Positions 39,851 to 52,127 of a stretch of DNA of 64,000 nucleotides are shown piece by piece. The stretch is from Zootoca vivipara. Taxonomy: Eukaryota. The notes below the pieces were generated by a model. It was given only the letters and a program-made list of their open reading frames with translations. It searched no databases and had not been told where the DNA came from. The DNA is taken from the NCBI RefSeq assembly GCF_963506605.1, contig NC_083291.1, positions 22,010,001-22,074,000 on the forward strand, in the 5' to 3' direction. Each line of letters opens with the position of its first letter. Position 1 is the first letter of the stretch. The position numbers and the translations under genes were made by a program.

Positions 39851-40438
39851 CTTTGAAAGAAAAAGAAACCATGACAAACATTCCACTGTCTACTGAACGA
39901 AAACACTGCAAAATAGAAAATGATTTAACATGAAAATCAGTCACAGTATAATGTTGTGCACGTAACACTTCCTACTGTTCATTTGGCAATTTGAATGACC
40001 AAACATTCATTGTTTACTGAAATATTGGATATTGCTTTTAAGGAACAAAAGCCTGCATCACATGTGCTTCACCTTATCATTAAACAATGAGCACCATGTA
40101 CACTGCAATGCTTTCTTCAACTATGTTAAAACAATTAGTTGCCGAAAAGAAAGCTGACAACCAAATTCTGTGGGAAAGCTGTTCTACACAAGGAAATATA
40201 TTCAACAATGGAACACAAGAATCAAAGGGGAAACCAAAAGAGAGAGAAAAGAAAATACAGAAATAAAATTAAATCAACCTAGGGCGGGGTGTGTGTGTGT
40301 GCTGTACCCCAGTTGGATTCCAAAACAGTTAACAGACACATAAAGAATAATAGGATTTTATTACATAGGGGTTTTTTTTATGGATACTTAGGTTTCCTGG
40401 AATTCTATCCCATTCAAAATTATGTCAGAGGTGATTAC

Positions 40439-40531
40439 CCAAAATGAAGAATCTGTACGTGAGGTATCTTGCTTAATATTTTCACTGGACCCAGAATCAG
40501 GTTTTTGTACAGTTGACTTTACTGGAAGTTC
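40439..40531 (-). CDS. WRN: WRN exon (ELPVKSTVQKPDSGSSENIKQDTSRTDSSFW); putative extra exon
   Basis: ggttttcttcaag|GAA ... TGG|gtaatc; 93 nt, phase 0-0, open frame. Confidence 0.65.
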
Positions 40532-40769
40532 CTTGAAGAAAACCAAGAAGTGTATCAATACATTGGTATGGCATAACTGTTGTTGAAATGTACTAGATAA
40601 AAAGTACAAAATGGTGTCCCATCAAAAGGAAGAGGAAATCCTTAAAACTTAAAATAATTTTGACCCAAATTGGTTCCTCAATGCAATGCATTCACCGTCT
40701 CAACCCTATTTTCACCTTTCCAACCTTGTTTCCGAAGCTGCTTCTCTATCCTATTTGGCAGCTCTGCTT

Positions 40770-40865
40770 TGCACTGATTTTACCATCAACTTCCTTGTCC
40801 CCCCATCATAGAATCAGATGATTCTATGATGGGGGGACAAGGAGGTTGATGGTAAAATCAGTGCA
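40770..40865. repeat. Near-perfect inverted repeat (47-bp arms, 2-nt spacer)
   Basis: 40770-40816 is the reverse complement of 40819-40865 with one mismatch. Confidence 0.95.
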
Positions 40866-41688
40866 CTAAATTATGAAGCCACCAGCCCCTTATATTCTGC
40901 AGCCGTTTTTGTATCCTCCTTTCGTCTTCACTCTGATTTTCATGCTAATTTTCAAGCTATAAAGAGCCAGCAGCTTAGAAATTGGATTTTCCCATGACCC
41001 TTAATTTTTATAAGACCAGCAGGTACTTAGTTTCATAGAGTGGATAATGAAGCTGGAAACCTTTTTTAAAAAATTTTTGTAGATAAGGGGGCACTCTGCC
41101 TCCTTCCCCACATGTAAGTCATTGGAATGGGCTTCCCTTCAACATCCAAGCAGAACAGTTTAGGAGGTTATCTGGGGGCTACTAAAGATTTTTATTTGCA
41201 ATATGAATATATAACATATGTAATAATCACTAAGATCAGAGTGATTTTTCATGTGTAGTTAGCACTACACAGTTATTAATACTAATCAAGCATAACTGCT
41301 ATACCAGCAAAGTTAGAATTTTACTGGCCATGAGAAGGAAGCTGGAGTAACTGGAGTTCACCTTTACTCCCACTAGGTGCAGCTGTGGAGCCATGCTTTT
41401 AAAAGAAAACAGTATTATTACATTTTCCTTTCAAAGAGCTCAGGTGGCAATTAGTCCTCTCTCTCTCTCTTTACTTCAGACTCTTGTGAAGCAGTGGATA
41501 CCCTGAAGAAGTACTTGGAAGTCAGTGATGGGCTTGGGTGAGAGCTAACAAACTGAACCACCAGAGCTGCTGGTGAACAAGTTTGGCAATCCAAGGATGT
41601 CCTTCCAGAGCAGGCGGTGCTCCCCTTTAAAGACCTGGTAGTGGCAGGGCCACCACACAGCTTGATGGCATCAGTAGCTCACAATGCT

Positions 41689-41818
41689 CAGGCATAGGCA
41701 TACTCGGCCCTCCAGATGTTTTGGGACTACAATTCCCATAATCCCTGACCACTGTTAGCTAGGGATGATGGGAGTTGTACTCCCAAAACATCTGGAGGGC
41801 TGAGTTTGCCTATGCCTG
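41689..41818. mobile_element. URR1-like palindromic hAT MITE
   Basis: CAGGCATAGGCA ... TTTGCCTATGCCTG; same subfamily as 34276-34411. Confidence 0.85.
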
Positions 41819-42364
41819 TACTAGCTTCAGCTCAGGGGGCCTCTATGCCCCGTCTTGGAGTGAGATGACCTAGCCAGTGACATAGCGACAGTTGCCGACG
41901 CCCCAGGGCGCATGCCGGGGACGGGGCACACGTGCACCGGATGGGCATGTTTGCACTGGATGGAGGTGCTGTATGTGTCCCTGGTGTGTGTGTGTGTGTG
42001 GTCCCAGCCCAGCCAATGCCACCAGTGACCCCCATCCCCGCCAGAGCAATGTGGGGCTGTGCTGAGCTGACTGCCCACCTGTGCAAGGGGCAGCCTGGCC
42101 GGCCAATACAGCCCTCGGCAGGCAGAGGAGCACTGCATCGAACCATACTAGGGTCACCTGCATGGAGGCACCTAGTTTGTGCCCCTTCCAAAACTGTGCA
42201 CCCAGCGCCACAGCCTCCTTAATGCCCCCCCCCATGCTACACCCCTGGACCTAGATACAAGTCCTCATCTTCTAGTTACATCCAGACTCTTGCAATGCAT
42301 GTACATGGGACTGCCTGTGAAGTGTCCAGAAACTACTTTTCCTCCAACATGCAAGAGCCAGATA

Positions 42365-42407
<43 letters not shown>

Positions 42408-42733
42408 TTTATTTCTACCCCACCCAGCTGGCTGGGTTTCCCCAGCCACTCTGGGCAGCTTCCAAAGGAATATTAAAATACAATAATCTATTAAACATTC
42501 AAAAGCTTCCCTAAACCGGGCTGCCTTCAGATGTCTTCTAAAAGTCTGGTAGCTGTTTTTCTCTTTGACATCTGGTGGGAGGGCGTTCCATAGGGCGGGT
42601 GCCACTACCGAGAAGGCCCTCTGCCTGGTTCCCTGTAACTTGGCTTCTCGCAGTGAAGGGAACTGCCAGAAGGCCCTCGGTACTGGACCTCAGTGTCCGA
42701 GCAGAACGATGGGGGTGGAGACGCTCCTTCAGG
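42365..42733 (-). mobile_element. L2 LINE 3' end with (AAT)n tail
   Basis: Minus-strand APALWNALPPDVKEKNSYQTFRRHLKAARFREAF is typical of the L2 ORF2 end. AAT repeat at 42365-42406. Confidence 0.85.
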
Positions 42734-43438
42734 GAGTGACTGCTGTGAGCATATTATCCAATAACTAAGGGAGCTTCAAGGAGCTGGTTTGGCTTTCAAA
42801 GCTGCACATGGTTTGAAGTTTGGCTAAACATGTTGTCCAAACCCAGGCTCGTGCTTAAACTCTCTCCCTACTAACTACAAGTTTTTTTGGGGGGGCGAGG
42901 TCTTGGTAAGCCATGGTTTGGCTTACTGTGCCCTGAAAAGGCCACTGTGACTGACACAGGCAGAGAGTTGTGCTTGACATTGGGGGGGGGGGGCGGTAGC
43001 CTGACGAAACCCATGCAGTGTGTGTGACAACGCATGCATCGCGTGCATGACTGTCGCATCGAGAGCGGCCAACCAGGCCTCCTCCCACTGTGACATTCAC
43101 CCGCAAGGCCATACTGTTCAATGCAGCATTGGGAAATGCCCGGGGCGACTTCCTGCCAGGCTGCAAAGCATCAGGAGATGCCCCACAGCCGGGGGCAACA
43201 TCCCGCCAGGCGATGCAGCATCCCAAATTGCTGCAGGAATAAGGGGAAACGGAGAGAAGGGAAATTAACAGAGTTGTCCATCGCTAGGCAATGAAACAAC
43301 TGCAAGTGCGACTGGGTCCAAAGGGACAATGGAAATAAATCAGAAAGCTACTGACCCAAAACCACTTTTTGTTTCTTTCTTGCATCATTAGTTGGACAGT
43401 GTCTTTTTTTCATTCTTTGTATAACTTTGTTTACAAAC

Positions 43439-43662
43439 CTTTTTTTCAATCCACAGAATTTTCTCCCCACCCTTCTGTGAGGATACTGTCGTCATCTGTA
43501 GACTTGCAGGCTCTCCAGCTGGTCCTTGCTTTTCTGATTCGTCCTGCTGTTCCAGCTGCCGACTTCTGTACCCTTTCTCCAGCAGTGCAATGGTCATTCT
43601 TATAAGATACAGTTCAATATCTGCAGGGACTAGTGTTCTAATGGCTTTCATTTGTGTTACAT
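43439..43662 (-). CDS. WRN: WRN exon (DVTQMKAIRTLVPADIELYLIRMTIALLEKG...ILWIEKK)
   Basis: tttccaag|AT; homologous to human [28 protein letters not shown]. The donor AAG|gtttgt is inferred, so the 3' boundary is less certain. Confidence 0.82.
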
Positions 43663-44250
43663 CTTGGAAAGGGGAAAAATATTAATGCAATAATTATTAT
43701 TTGGTAAGAAAAGAAAAAAAACACTCGTGAAGAACTGCTCAAATTTCCACAAAATCAGATTTAGGTTTGCATCCAAAGCCTGTCATACTCAGAAAAGATC
43801 TGTTGGATGGGAAGCAATGAATGAATCCCATCAGTGGGTTCCAACTATCGAGTCCCATTCCTCCCATAAAAATTAATGGACGTGACTAACTTCGGTCCAC
43901 CAATGTCAATGGTAAAATTTAGTTGGCTACAACCAAAAAAAAACCACCTCTATATACAGAGCAGGAAAATTACTTAATTTTTTTTAAGGTTTAGGGAAAG
44001 TTGAACTTTGGATAGAACAATATAGAACAATGGGGATTTCCAATCATTTTTGCACATGTCAACCCCAATTCTGTAAAGCCAGAACCTAATAAATGTAGGT
44101 TATCTTAATAAGCATTGACAAATTCATCTCAGAAATTCTCTCTGAATTTGCAAAGTTGTGCAGATGGGGCCATTTTCTTTTTTCCAATTTAAACTCTAAG
44201 TGTTTTGATAAAACACTGGGCGTTTTGTTATGAGGTGCCCTATTCATATC

Positions 44251-44613
44251 CCCAGGTGGCGCTGTGGGTTAATGCACAGAGTCTAGGGCTTGCTAATCAG
44301 AAGGTCGGCGGTTCGAATCCCTGCAACAGGGTGAGCTCCCGTTGCTCGGTCCCAGCTCCTGCCAACCTAGCAGTTCGAAAGCACATCAAAGTGCAAGTAG
44401 ATAAATAGGAACCGCTCCAGCGGGAAGGTAAACGGTGTTTCCGTGTGCTGCTCTGGTTCGCCAGAAGCGGCTTTGTCATGCTGGCCACATGACCCGGAAG
44501 CTGTCTGCGGACAAACGCCGGCTCCCTCGGCCTATAGAGCGAGATGAGCACCGCAACCCCAGAGTCGGACACGACTGGACCTGATGGTCAGGGGCCCCTT
44601 TACCTTTACCTTC
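44251..44613 (+). mobile_element. Sauria SINE (Squam1), young
   Basis: About 97% identical by eye to 21436-21797. TSD ATTCATATC (44242-44250, 44614-44622). Confidence 0.95.
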
Positions 44614-44738
44614 ATTCATATCACAATTATCTTTGCTCAGGAACAAGCCATTGTCAAAGGTACTGAAGCTCTCATATTTTGTCCATATCTCAAGAATATC
44701 ATTTATTAGAGGCTGCAGTGCTTGGCTGAACTTTTCAC

Positions 44739-44901
44739 CTGAGTTGATGGGAGGGTTCTGAATGACTTTCATGATCTTCTGTTGTATTTCAGGAGTGAGA
44801 CCGGCACGTTGTAAATTGACTGGGTAGCCAGCTTTCAAGGCTTGGGATAAATGTGTGCCAACCACAGTAAGAGGCAAAGACCGTCGGTCACTTATACTTC
44901 T
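44739..44901 (-). CDS. WRN: WRN exon (RSISDRRSLPLTVVGTHLSQALKAGYPVNLQRAGLTPEIQQKIMKVIQNPPINS)
   Basis: ttcctcag|AGA ... TCA G|gtgaaa; 163 nt. Confidence 0.95.
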
Positions 44902-45424
44902 CTGAGGAAACAAGAAAGACAGCAATCAGAAGAGCTACTTTAAGCCTGGCCCATCAAAACTTTATAGCTGAAAATACATTTCCTCAGAAAGAGAAGTAGT
45001 TCTTTAGCAATAGAAATAGTTCTTTGGCAATTTCTGGTTTGCTTCACTATACTTTGCTTGGGGGTAGGAAAGGGAAGACAACTCGACACAGGGCTGCCAT
45101 CTTAGCACCCTAAATAGCCTGTTAATAATATCTGGCAACAGAGAAAGTGTATGAGACTCTTGGGGGCTATAAAATGCAATGGCGATTTTAACCACTACTG
45201 AATATATCAGGCCAATGACCCACCAAGCCAAACACACCACACCCAGGGCTCTCCATACAGATATGTTTTGTGCTTGTGTTTTTATAGACTCGGATAGGAT
45301 GTGAAAACCCCCAGGTTTGCTGAGCTACCAGTGATGGTTGCAGATCACAAGTTGCTTGCACCTAATAATGCTGGAATGTTAAAACAAAAGGCTGAATGTT
45401 GAACTTAATTGTGTGATTCTAGAG

Positions 45425-45560
45425 CAGTGATGGCCAAACTTGGCCCGCCAGCTGTTTTGGGACTACAGTTCCCACCATCCCTGACCACAGGCCCTGTTAG
45501 CTAGGGATGATGGGAGTTGTAGTCCTGAAACAGCTGGAGGGCCAAGTTTGGCCATCACTG
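45425..45560. mobile_element. URR1-like palindromic hAT MITE
   Basis: CAGTGATGGCCAAACTTGG / CCAAGTTTGGCCATCACTG TIRs with a gggactaca core. Confidence 0.88.
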
Positions 45561-47439
45561 CTCGAGGGTAGATGCCTGTTGAAAAACTGTTTGGGCTATA
45601 AGCGAAATAAACTATACACTAGTAATAGCACTATTGAATATATTTAGATTCAGGTTAAAAAAAACCTTTTCAGTACTGAACATAAAAAGCAGCCCCTTAT
45701 GCACCAACTATCTCCACTTTGACAATTATTTTCTTCCCATAAAGAGGACGGCTGTATGTTATGTTTGCTGACTTTCTCCCAGACAGGAGACACCAGGGTG
45801 CACCCTGTAATCAATGGTTATTTGATACAAGGCATCAAATTACCTAGTACTAATTGTATTATTGCTCCTTGTTAATTAGTCCTTGGGCATTTTAAATTGG
45901 TTGGCTATCTAACAAGGAATACTACTGGGAGGAGGGAGTTGAGCAGGCAGCAAGCCCCCAGCATCATTGCACAGCAGCACTGTGTGACAAATAAGTGTAA
46001 CAAAATAAGGTATAGGACTAAGTTGGGGGAAGGGGAGAAGGTCGTGTTCAATGACAATTTTCGGCAGTGGTGAAAAATGCATCCCCTTTAGCTGCACTTT
46101 TTTTTGGGGGGGGGCAAGGGAGGTTGCTCTGAAAAGAAGAAAATATGCTCTCCCCTTTTAAAATGAGAACAGTGCTGATCCTAGAAGATATGTTCTAACT
46201 TATGCTCAGCAATGTTGCCCCATAACCAAATCTGAATGGCCACATGGCATTATGTCACCACCTTCGTGGCAGGATTGCCAATTGGCTGGGATTGCATGTA
46301 TAAGATTGTTCTCAGCAAAATACCAGTAGAGAAGAAAAACAACAAGAGAGCAGTAAAAAAATGAGAAAAAGAGAGTGGAGAATATAACATTATTTAGTAG
46401 GACTAGGGGAACAATTGCTTCCCTCCCTTTCAAAAACAAAGCAGATAAACATTTGGTGTGGCTTTAACAGAATATAGGTTTCAAACCCATTTAAGAAACA
46501 GCAGTGAACAGTAAACACAACAAGAGTATCATACCACCAAATCTATTTTGATACCCCTTAGAGGCAATTTTAGTTAGGTAGCATAGAAATTGTTGAAATA
46601 AATAAAACGAGCTGTCGTAGGCCACGCTCCACTTTGTAGGCTGCATTAGTGGGCCGCAAACCAGAAAAGCTTATGCCACAATTAATATGTTAGCCTTCTT
46701 TAAGTCTACTTTATTGTTTCTGCTACAACCATTGAACAATACTTGCCAAACATTAAATGGGCAAACAAACATCCTAGGGTTTGTTATGGCTCTTGTGCCT
46801 TCCTTTAACTTCTGCATAAAAGTATTAATTGGTGAAGCTTTTCCTCATATGGAGTTTTAGTGTCAAGAAGTGCTTCACTAGTTAATTTCTGCCTGTTAGG
46901 AAGTGATGAAGGGCACAGATATTTTGCCCACATAAAAAATGTGGCGATTCTAGGACTATCCTATTATAAGCCTGTTTTTTTTTTTAAAAAAAGTTATGTT
47001 CCACTGACTTCGGTGGAACAGCCCCTCCCTCCATGTGTGGGAGCCAGTTCCCTATACTGTATCTAGATCCTACGTAGCTGTAGTACATGTGCACTTATCA
47101 CAACCAGGCTGGTGGGGCAGATTGCATGGGTTTCTCACACACAGCTGGCACCCCATCAAGAAAACAGTTCCAGTTTAAGGGCATGCATATAGATGCCTTA
47201 TATACATCCAGATAAACAGTGCTTAGAATTAAAACCTTATTGAATCCTAACATTCTGCCACTCTGTTCCAAATAAGTGTTGTTATCGTCAAGCCACAGGG
47301 CTCACTTGTGGCTTGCACTATGCATCACCGGCAGCCGGTCTTACACCTTTCGATTTCACAAAATTAACCGAAATACAGTAGATCATAATCCTCTAAAGTA
47401 AAGCAGCTATGAAACACAGCTAGAGGTTCAAGAGCTTAC

Positions 47440-47571
47440 CAATGACATGCTCTTTTCTTCAAACAATGTGTAAGTTATGCGCTCTGATTCTGTTAGAGTG
47501 CTGCATCCACCATCCTTCTGAAGATCTATTTCTGGCTGATCTCTGGATCCAGAAATCTTGAAGACATCCAT
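47440..47571 (-). CDS. WRN: WRN exon (MDVFKISGSRDQPEIDLQK...LTESERITYTLFEEKSMSL)
   Basis: gttgtatag|ATG ... TTG|gtaagc; 132 nt. Confidence 0.93.
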
Positions 47572-48199
47572 CTATACAACAACAACAAGCAAGCTTTTAT
47601 TATTTAAAAAAATCCTAAAACCTTGAGGTTTTACAGATTACCCAAAACAGTGACTAGGATTCAAAGAATTTTATGAAGCTATCTTTCACGTTGCACTCTG
47701 CATTGGCTATATTCACATTTTTAAAAATAATAATAATGAAAAAGGTACTTTTAGTGTCACTTTCGAGACTCCTTGAGCCAAGCAGTTCTATAATCCTGCA
47801 ATGCTGGTGGCTACCTATTTGCCTCTGCAATTCCTGCATAAACTTGTTCTACATTCCATACTCATCTGGGACAGGACAAAAGGGAGAAAATACACTATGT
47901 TGAAAAGCAGAGACTAATGCCATGATGACTCTCAGGCCCCCAAAGTCCACAGCAGCAGCACCAACTCCCACCAATCACTTGATTGTGTGGTGATGAGAGC
48001 CCAATGTCAGCCAGCTGTGGAAGGCGCAAATCCATTCATTACAATGGGGATAATTCCTTGCAATAGCTCCTCACTCAATAGGAAGTGCAAACAACCTCAG
48101 CCACTGCACCACCACAGCTCCATCCACTGCACAGGTTACTTTGGTGCAGATAGGAAGGATCCAATTAAGTCATACTTAATGTCATAAATGTAACTTAGT

Positions 48200-48505
48200 T
48201 ATTCCCCCTGCCGTGTAGGAATCCCTTGCAGATGACCACAGCACCTGGAGACAGTGCTGTGTATCCACAGCAGTGGCCAGAGGAGGAATGACTGCTGGAA
48301 TGAGCGCAAAGCGAAGAAAAGCCATGGTGCATCTGCAGCAACACAACACCTTCATCTGCCCCAGCTGCAACAACACATGTCTCTCCCATATCAGTCTCTA
48401 CAGCCACAGCAGGCGCTGTAACTCTCCAACATTTTGACTTCACCCCCAAGGCCACATTCCTCCATTGTCTCCCAAGACAGACAGATGCCAGCAACAACAA
48501 CAACT
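48200..48505 (+). mobile_element. RTE-clade LINE 3' end
   Basis: Encodes the C-terminal Zn finger FICPSCNNTCLSHISLYSHSRRC and ends in (CAA)n. Confidence 0.8.
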
Positions 48506-48605
48506 AACAAGTTAGTTATGTCCATTATGTGTCTATTCTAAGAGTAGGACTAGCGTTGAATACCACCCCCAGGTACTAGGACGGTTGGATCTCCTGATAC
48601 CACTA

Positions 48606-48606
<1 letters not shown>

Positions 48607-48641
<35 letters not shown>
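48607..48641. repeat. (CA)n microsatellite
   Basis: Seen directly in the sequence. Confidence 0.95.
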
Positions 48642-48644
<3 letters not shown>

Positions 48645-49492
48645 TCTGAAGCACCATTTTCACTGCATAACACTAACAGAAGTAAGAAAAAGGAGTATAA
48701 ACCCAAGTAGGAGATCCCTTGTGTGCAGACCTGTATAGAGGACACAAGGGTTCGAGAGCCACTTTGGGGAGAAAACAGTCTTTTGCCAGACAGGAAAACG
48801 AGAACCTGGAAAAGGCAAGGAGAGGCAGTACAATGGTAATCTCACAGGTGCAACCTCCAGCAGCCCATTGCATATGGCACAGGTGTTGGTTTCTGAAGTT
48901 GTAAATTCAAGCCTCACCGTGGGGAGAGGGAGGTACATGGCCCCATTCCATGTTTGCATGCCTGGTCAACTAAAGTCATGTCAGAGACAAAAGCAAGGGA
49001 GCTCCTTGGACTCAAAGCCATGCTAAAACTTCACAGACAGGTTCCCTACTCACATCAGCTGGAACAGCCAACAGGAATAGAGACCGGGGTGGTGGTGGTA
49101 TTTGTCATCCCTTAGCCTGAAGATCCTGTCACAGGTTGCAGAACAAGCCTGACCCCTATGTGACCAATTTCATACACAGGAAGTCTCAACTGCAAAAACA
49201 GGGTGTGACTTCCCATTGGGTAAGTCTGGGAAGAAGGCCCAACACCAAAACATGAGATGATGGGATACTGCTGTAATGTACTTCACAAAGGGCTTCCTTC
49301 GTCACCTTTCAGATAGGCCCTAAGGCAATTTTTATTTCAATCTGCCTTTGGTTGGGAGAGTAACGGTGGTCTTAATTTATTACTGCTCTTGCTTAAACTT
49401 TTTTTAGTACATTGTGAGCCCTTTTGATCCCTAAGGAAATAAATGCAGGGGAGGGAAACAAGATACAGTACATTAATTCAATTACATCTGAC

Positions 49493-49607
49493 CTGTAAAT
49501 CATTTGCCTGGCAGAACTCCTTGACTGTGATCAGGAGAGGAGCCAGCATGGTAGATTTCGCTTCAGAAACGCCATCAACTCTCTTAATGTTTTCCACAGT
49601 TGTAGGC
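49493..49607 (-). CDS. WRN: WRN HRDC exon ([38 protein letters not shown])
   Basis: ttccttcag|G ... CAG|gtcaga; 115 nt. Confidence 0.95.
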
Positions 49608-50218
49608 CTGAAGGAAATATTGGAGACATTCTGTAATTTAATGCCATGAGTTTTGATACATACGGTGCATGCAGGTAAGACCGGATTTTAACAAATAAAA
49701 CCCTACAAGCTACTACCATCGCTGGTAACAAAAGCGTATTTAGCCTGTGTAAGAGACCCTGAAAAATTTCTGAAGATAGTTTTCCTCAAGAGAGTAAGAA
49801 TGTATAAGCAGGTGACAGGTTTTAAAACAGATAACGAAATCTTCTAGACCAGTGCCATTTCTAATTCATGAACAATATTCTGTGATTTGCACATGCATGT
49901 TTATCATTTGATGACTCTGGAACACTTTACAACTCTCAACTGAATGTGTAACTACTTTATTTGCATATATTACATAAGGTGATCTTAAGTGTGGCTGGTG
50001 TGGTTTGTGCACACATTCCCTGCTCCCGGTGTCCTATCCTATTATGGTCTCTGGCCAAATAGATTTTGCTGGTTTTTGTAGCGCTTCAGCTCTGACTACT
50101 GTAAATTGGGCAATGACAGCCCATCATATCATCCTGGAAAAGACTCGTCTTGCTGGCATAAATTATTAAGTCATCAGAGAAGGTTTATCTTTTCATTCAA
50201 ACAAAAATCAAGGCTTAC

Positions 50219-50331
50219 CTTATCACGGTCATATCAACCAGCACTTTATTTGTTGCTAGTATGGCTGGAGGAATGTCCTTCTCATTCGCCAGTTTCTGAC
50301 GGGCTGCCACTAGCTTGCCATATAGCATTGT
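50219..50331 (-). CDS. WRN: WRN HRDC exon ([38 protein letters not shown])
   Basis: ctttcatag|ACA ... AG|gtaagc; 113 nt. Confidence 0.96.
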
Positions 50332-50379
50332 CTATGAAAGGCAAAAGACAACTTTAAAAATTCCATGTGAAGGCCGTAC

Positions 50380-51384
50380 TGTGAGGCCTATGAGGGTCTC
50401 AGAGTATGAATGGGGATGTGTATGTCCTGAGTGAGTACAGTAAATCCAAACAGTATGTGACTCTGAAGATAAAAATAATGAGGAAGATAGGGATTGTTTG
50501 ATTCTGAAGAAAACAGGAAAGATGGACTGTTGAACTAGCTAATAGAATGTACAAAATAGGACGGACAAGCAGGATGTGCCAGGTACATGGATGAGTTACA
50601 GGACATGCAAAGGACATGCTGAGACAAGTCACCTCTGGGTTGACCCAGAGGAAGAGCGAGGCTGTGGGGGTTTTTTATGTGCGCGCCTGGCCCAGCAGAC
50701 CGCAGCCACTGTTCTCAAAAGACATGTTGGGACAAATAACTATTCATAACTATTTGGAGAATCGGCATGACGACAGCTGTCATCTAGTCCAACCCCCTGC
50801 AATACAAGACAATGCGGGGATTTAACCTGAAACCATATAAAGGCTGGAAAGTCCCTGCCACAGTTGCGTTGTTGTCCTGCTGCGGAAGGAGCCACCCAAA
50901 GACTCTTAAAAGAACCTGATCAATTATTTTAGTGGGTCCACTCATCTAGTACAGTGGTGCCTCGCTAGACGAAATTAATTCGTTCCACGGGTCTTTTCTT
51001 ATAGCGAAAAAATTCGTCTAGTGAATCCCATAGGAATGCATTGAATTTTTTTCGAATTTGTTTTTGCCCATAGGAACACATTAATTGAATTTCAATGCAT
51101 TCCTATGGGAAACCGCAATTCGCTAGACGAATTTTTCGTAAAACGCATTCGTCTAGCGAGGCAAGCTCTGCTCAAAAAATCCTTTCGTTAAGCGGAAATT
51201 TCGTTAAGCAGGGCATTCGTTAAGCGAGGCACCACTGTAGGTATGAATGAGAGGAGTGAATGAGTCCTTATTAATTGTCATCTGTTCATAAATAAAAGGT
51301 TATAATTTGGGTAAAATCATGCCATTTTGTCTTTCTCAAAATCGCTCTAATCTTAAAGAATCTGCTGTCACAAGTTTCGTGACA
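50380..51384 (+). mobile_element. Solo LTR (about 720 bp net) interrupted by a MITE
   Basis: TG...CA termini with 4-bp TSD GTAC (50376-50379, 51385-51388). TATAAA at 50836-50841 and AATAAA at 51291-51296. Confidence 0.72.
50952..51237. mobile_element. Tc1/mariner (Tigger-like) MITE nested in the solo LTR
   Basis: TA|CAGTGGTGCCTCGCT ... AGCGAGGCACCACTG|TA. Confidence 0.92.
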
Positions 51385-51496
51385 GTACGTTTGATAGACA
51401 TGTTTACATGGAAGCAGACATAAATTTAAAGATTACTGATAGATATTGAAGTAATTGTTGATTAACAACATTTTGCCTAACTGTTAACAGGATGTT

Positions 51497-51498
51497 TT

Positions 51499-51552
<54 letters not shown>
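51497..51552. repeat. (TTTC)n microsatellite
   Basis: Seen directly in the sequence. Confidence 0.95.
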
Positions 51553-51554
<2 letters not shown>

Positions 51555-52127
51555 TTTTAATGTTTCAGTATCTTAATACAAATACTTCAAAAATCCACAG
51601 GTACAAGGCAGCATCTAAAATTGAACACTGAGCCTTTTTTCTCACACACGAGCAAATGTCTCTTTGATGATGGCATGTACCATAACAGGTCTGCGCCTGA
51701 TCTAAATATGAAGAAATTGCACGTTCTTCTGATAATTTTTCTCATATGCAAAACATACTGAGATGTATTTATTTACTGACATTTATAGAATGCCCTTCAC
51801 CATTACTTTGGGTTATATATATATATCTCAGTACAAGTTAGCAGTGTAATACATAAACATTAATAGAAAAGACAACAATGGGGAAGGGCATTCTGGTCTC
51901 ATTCTCCACCCCCAAATGCTTGTGCAAAAAGCTGCATCTCGACCCAGCATCAAAATGTATATAATGCTGAAGACAGATGCACATCAGAGGAGAGGACATT
52001 CTTCACTCCAGGAAACTTCATCATTATCTGCAACTCACAAAACTAATCCACTAAGATTTCTTTAATCAGGCGACAGCCCCAGTAAACATAACGTCAAATA
52101 AGGAATCACTTCAGTTGACGTGCTCAC

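Noticed and set aside
44476-44738. ORF extending a WRN exon into the SINE
   Set aside because: A good donor at 44739 with the correct phase explains the exon; the extension is a chance open frame.
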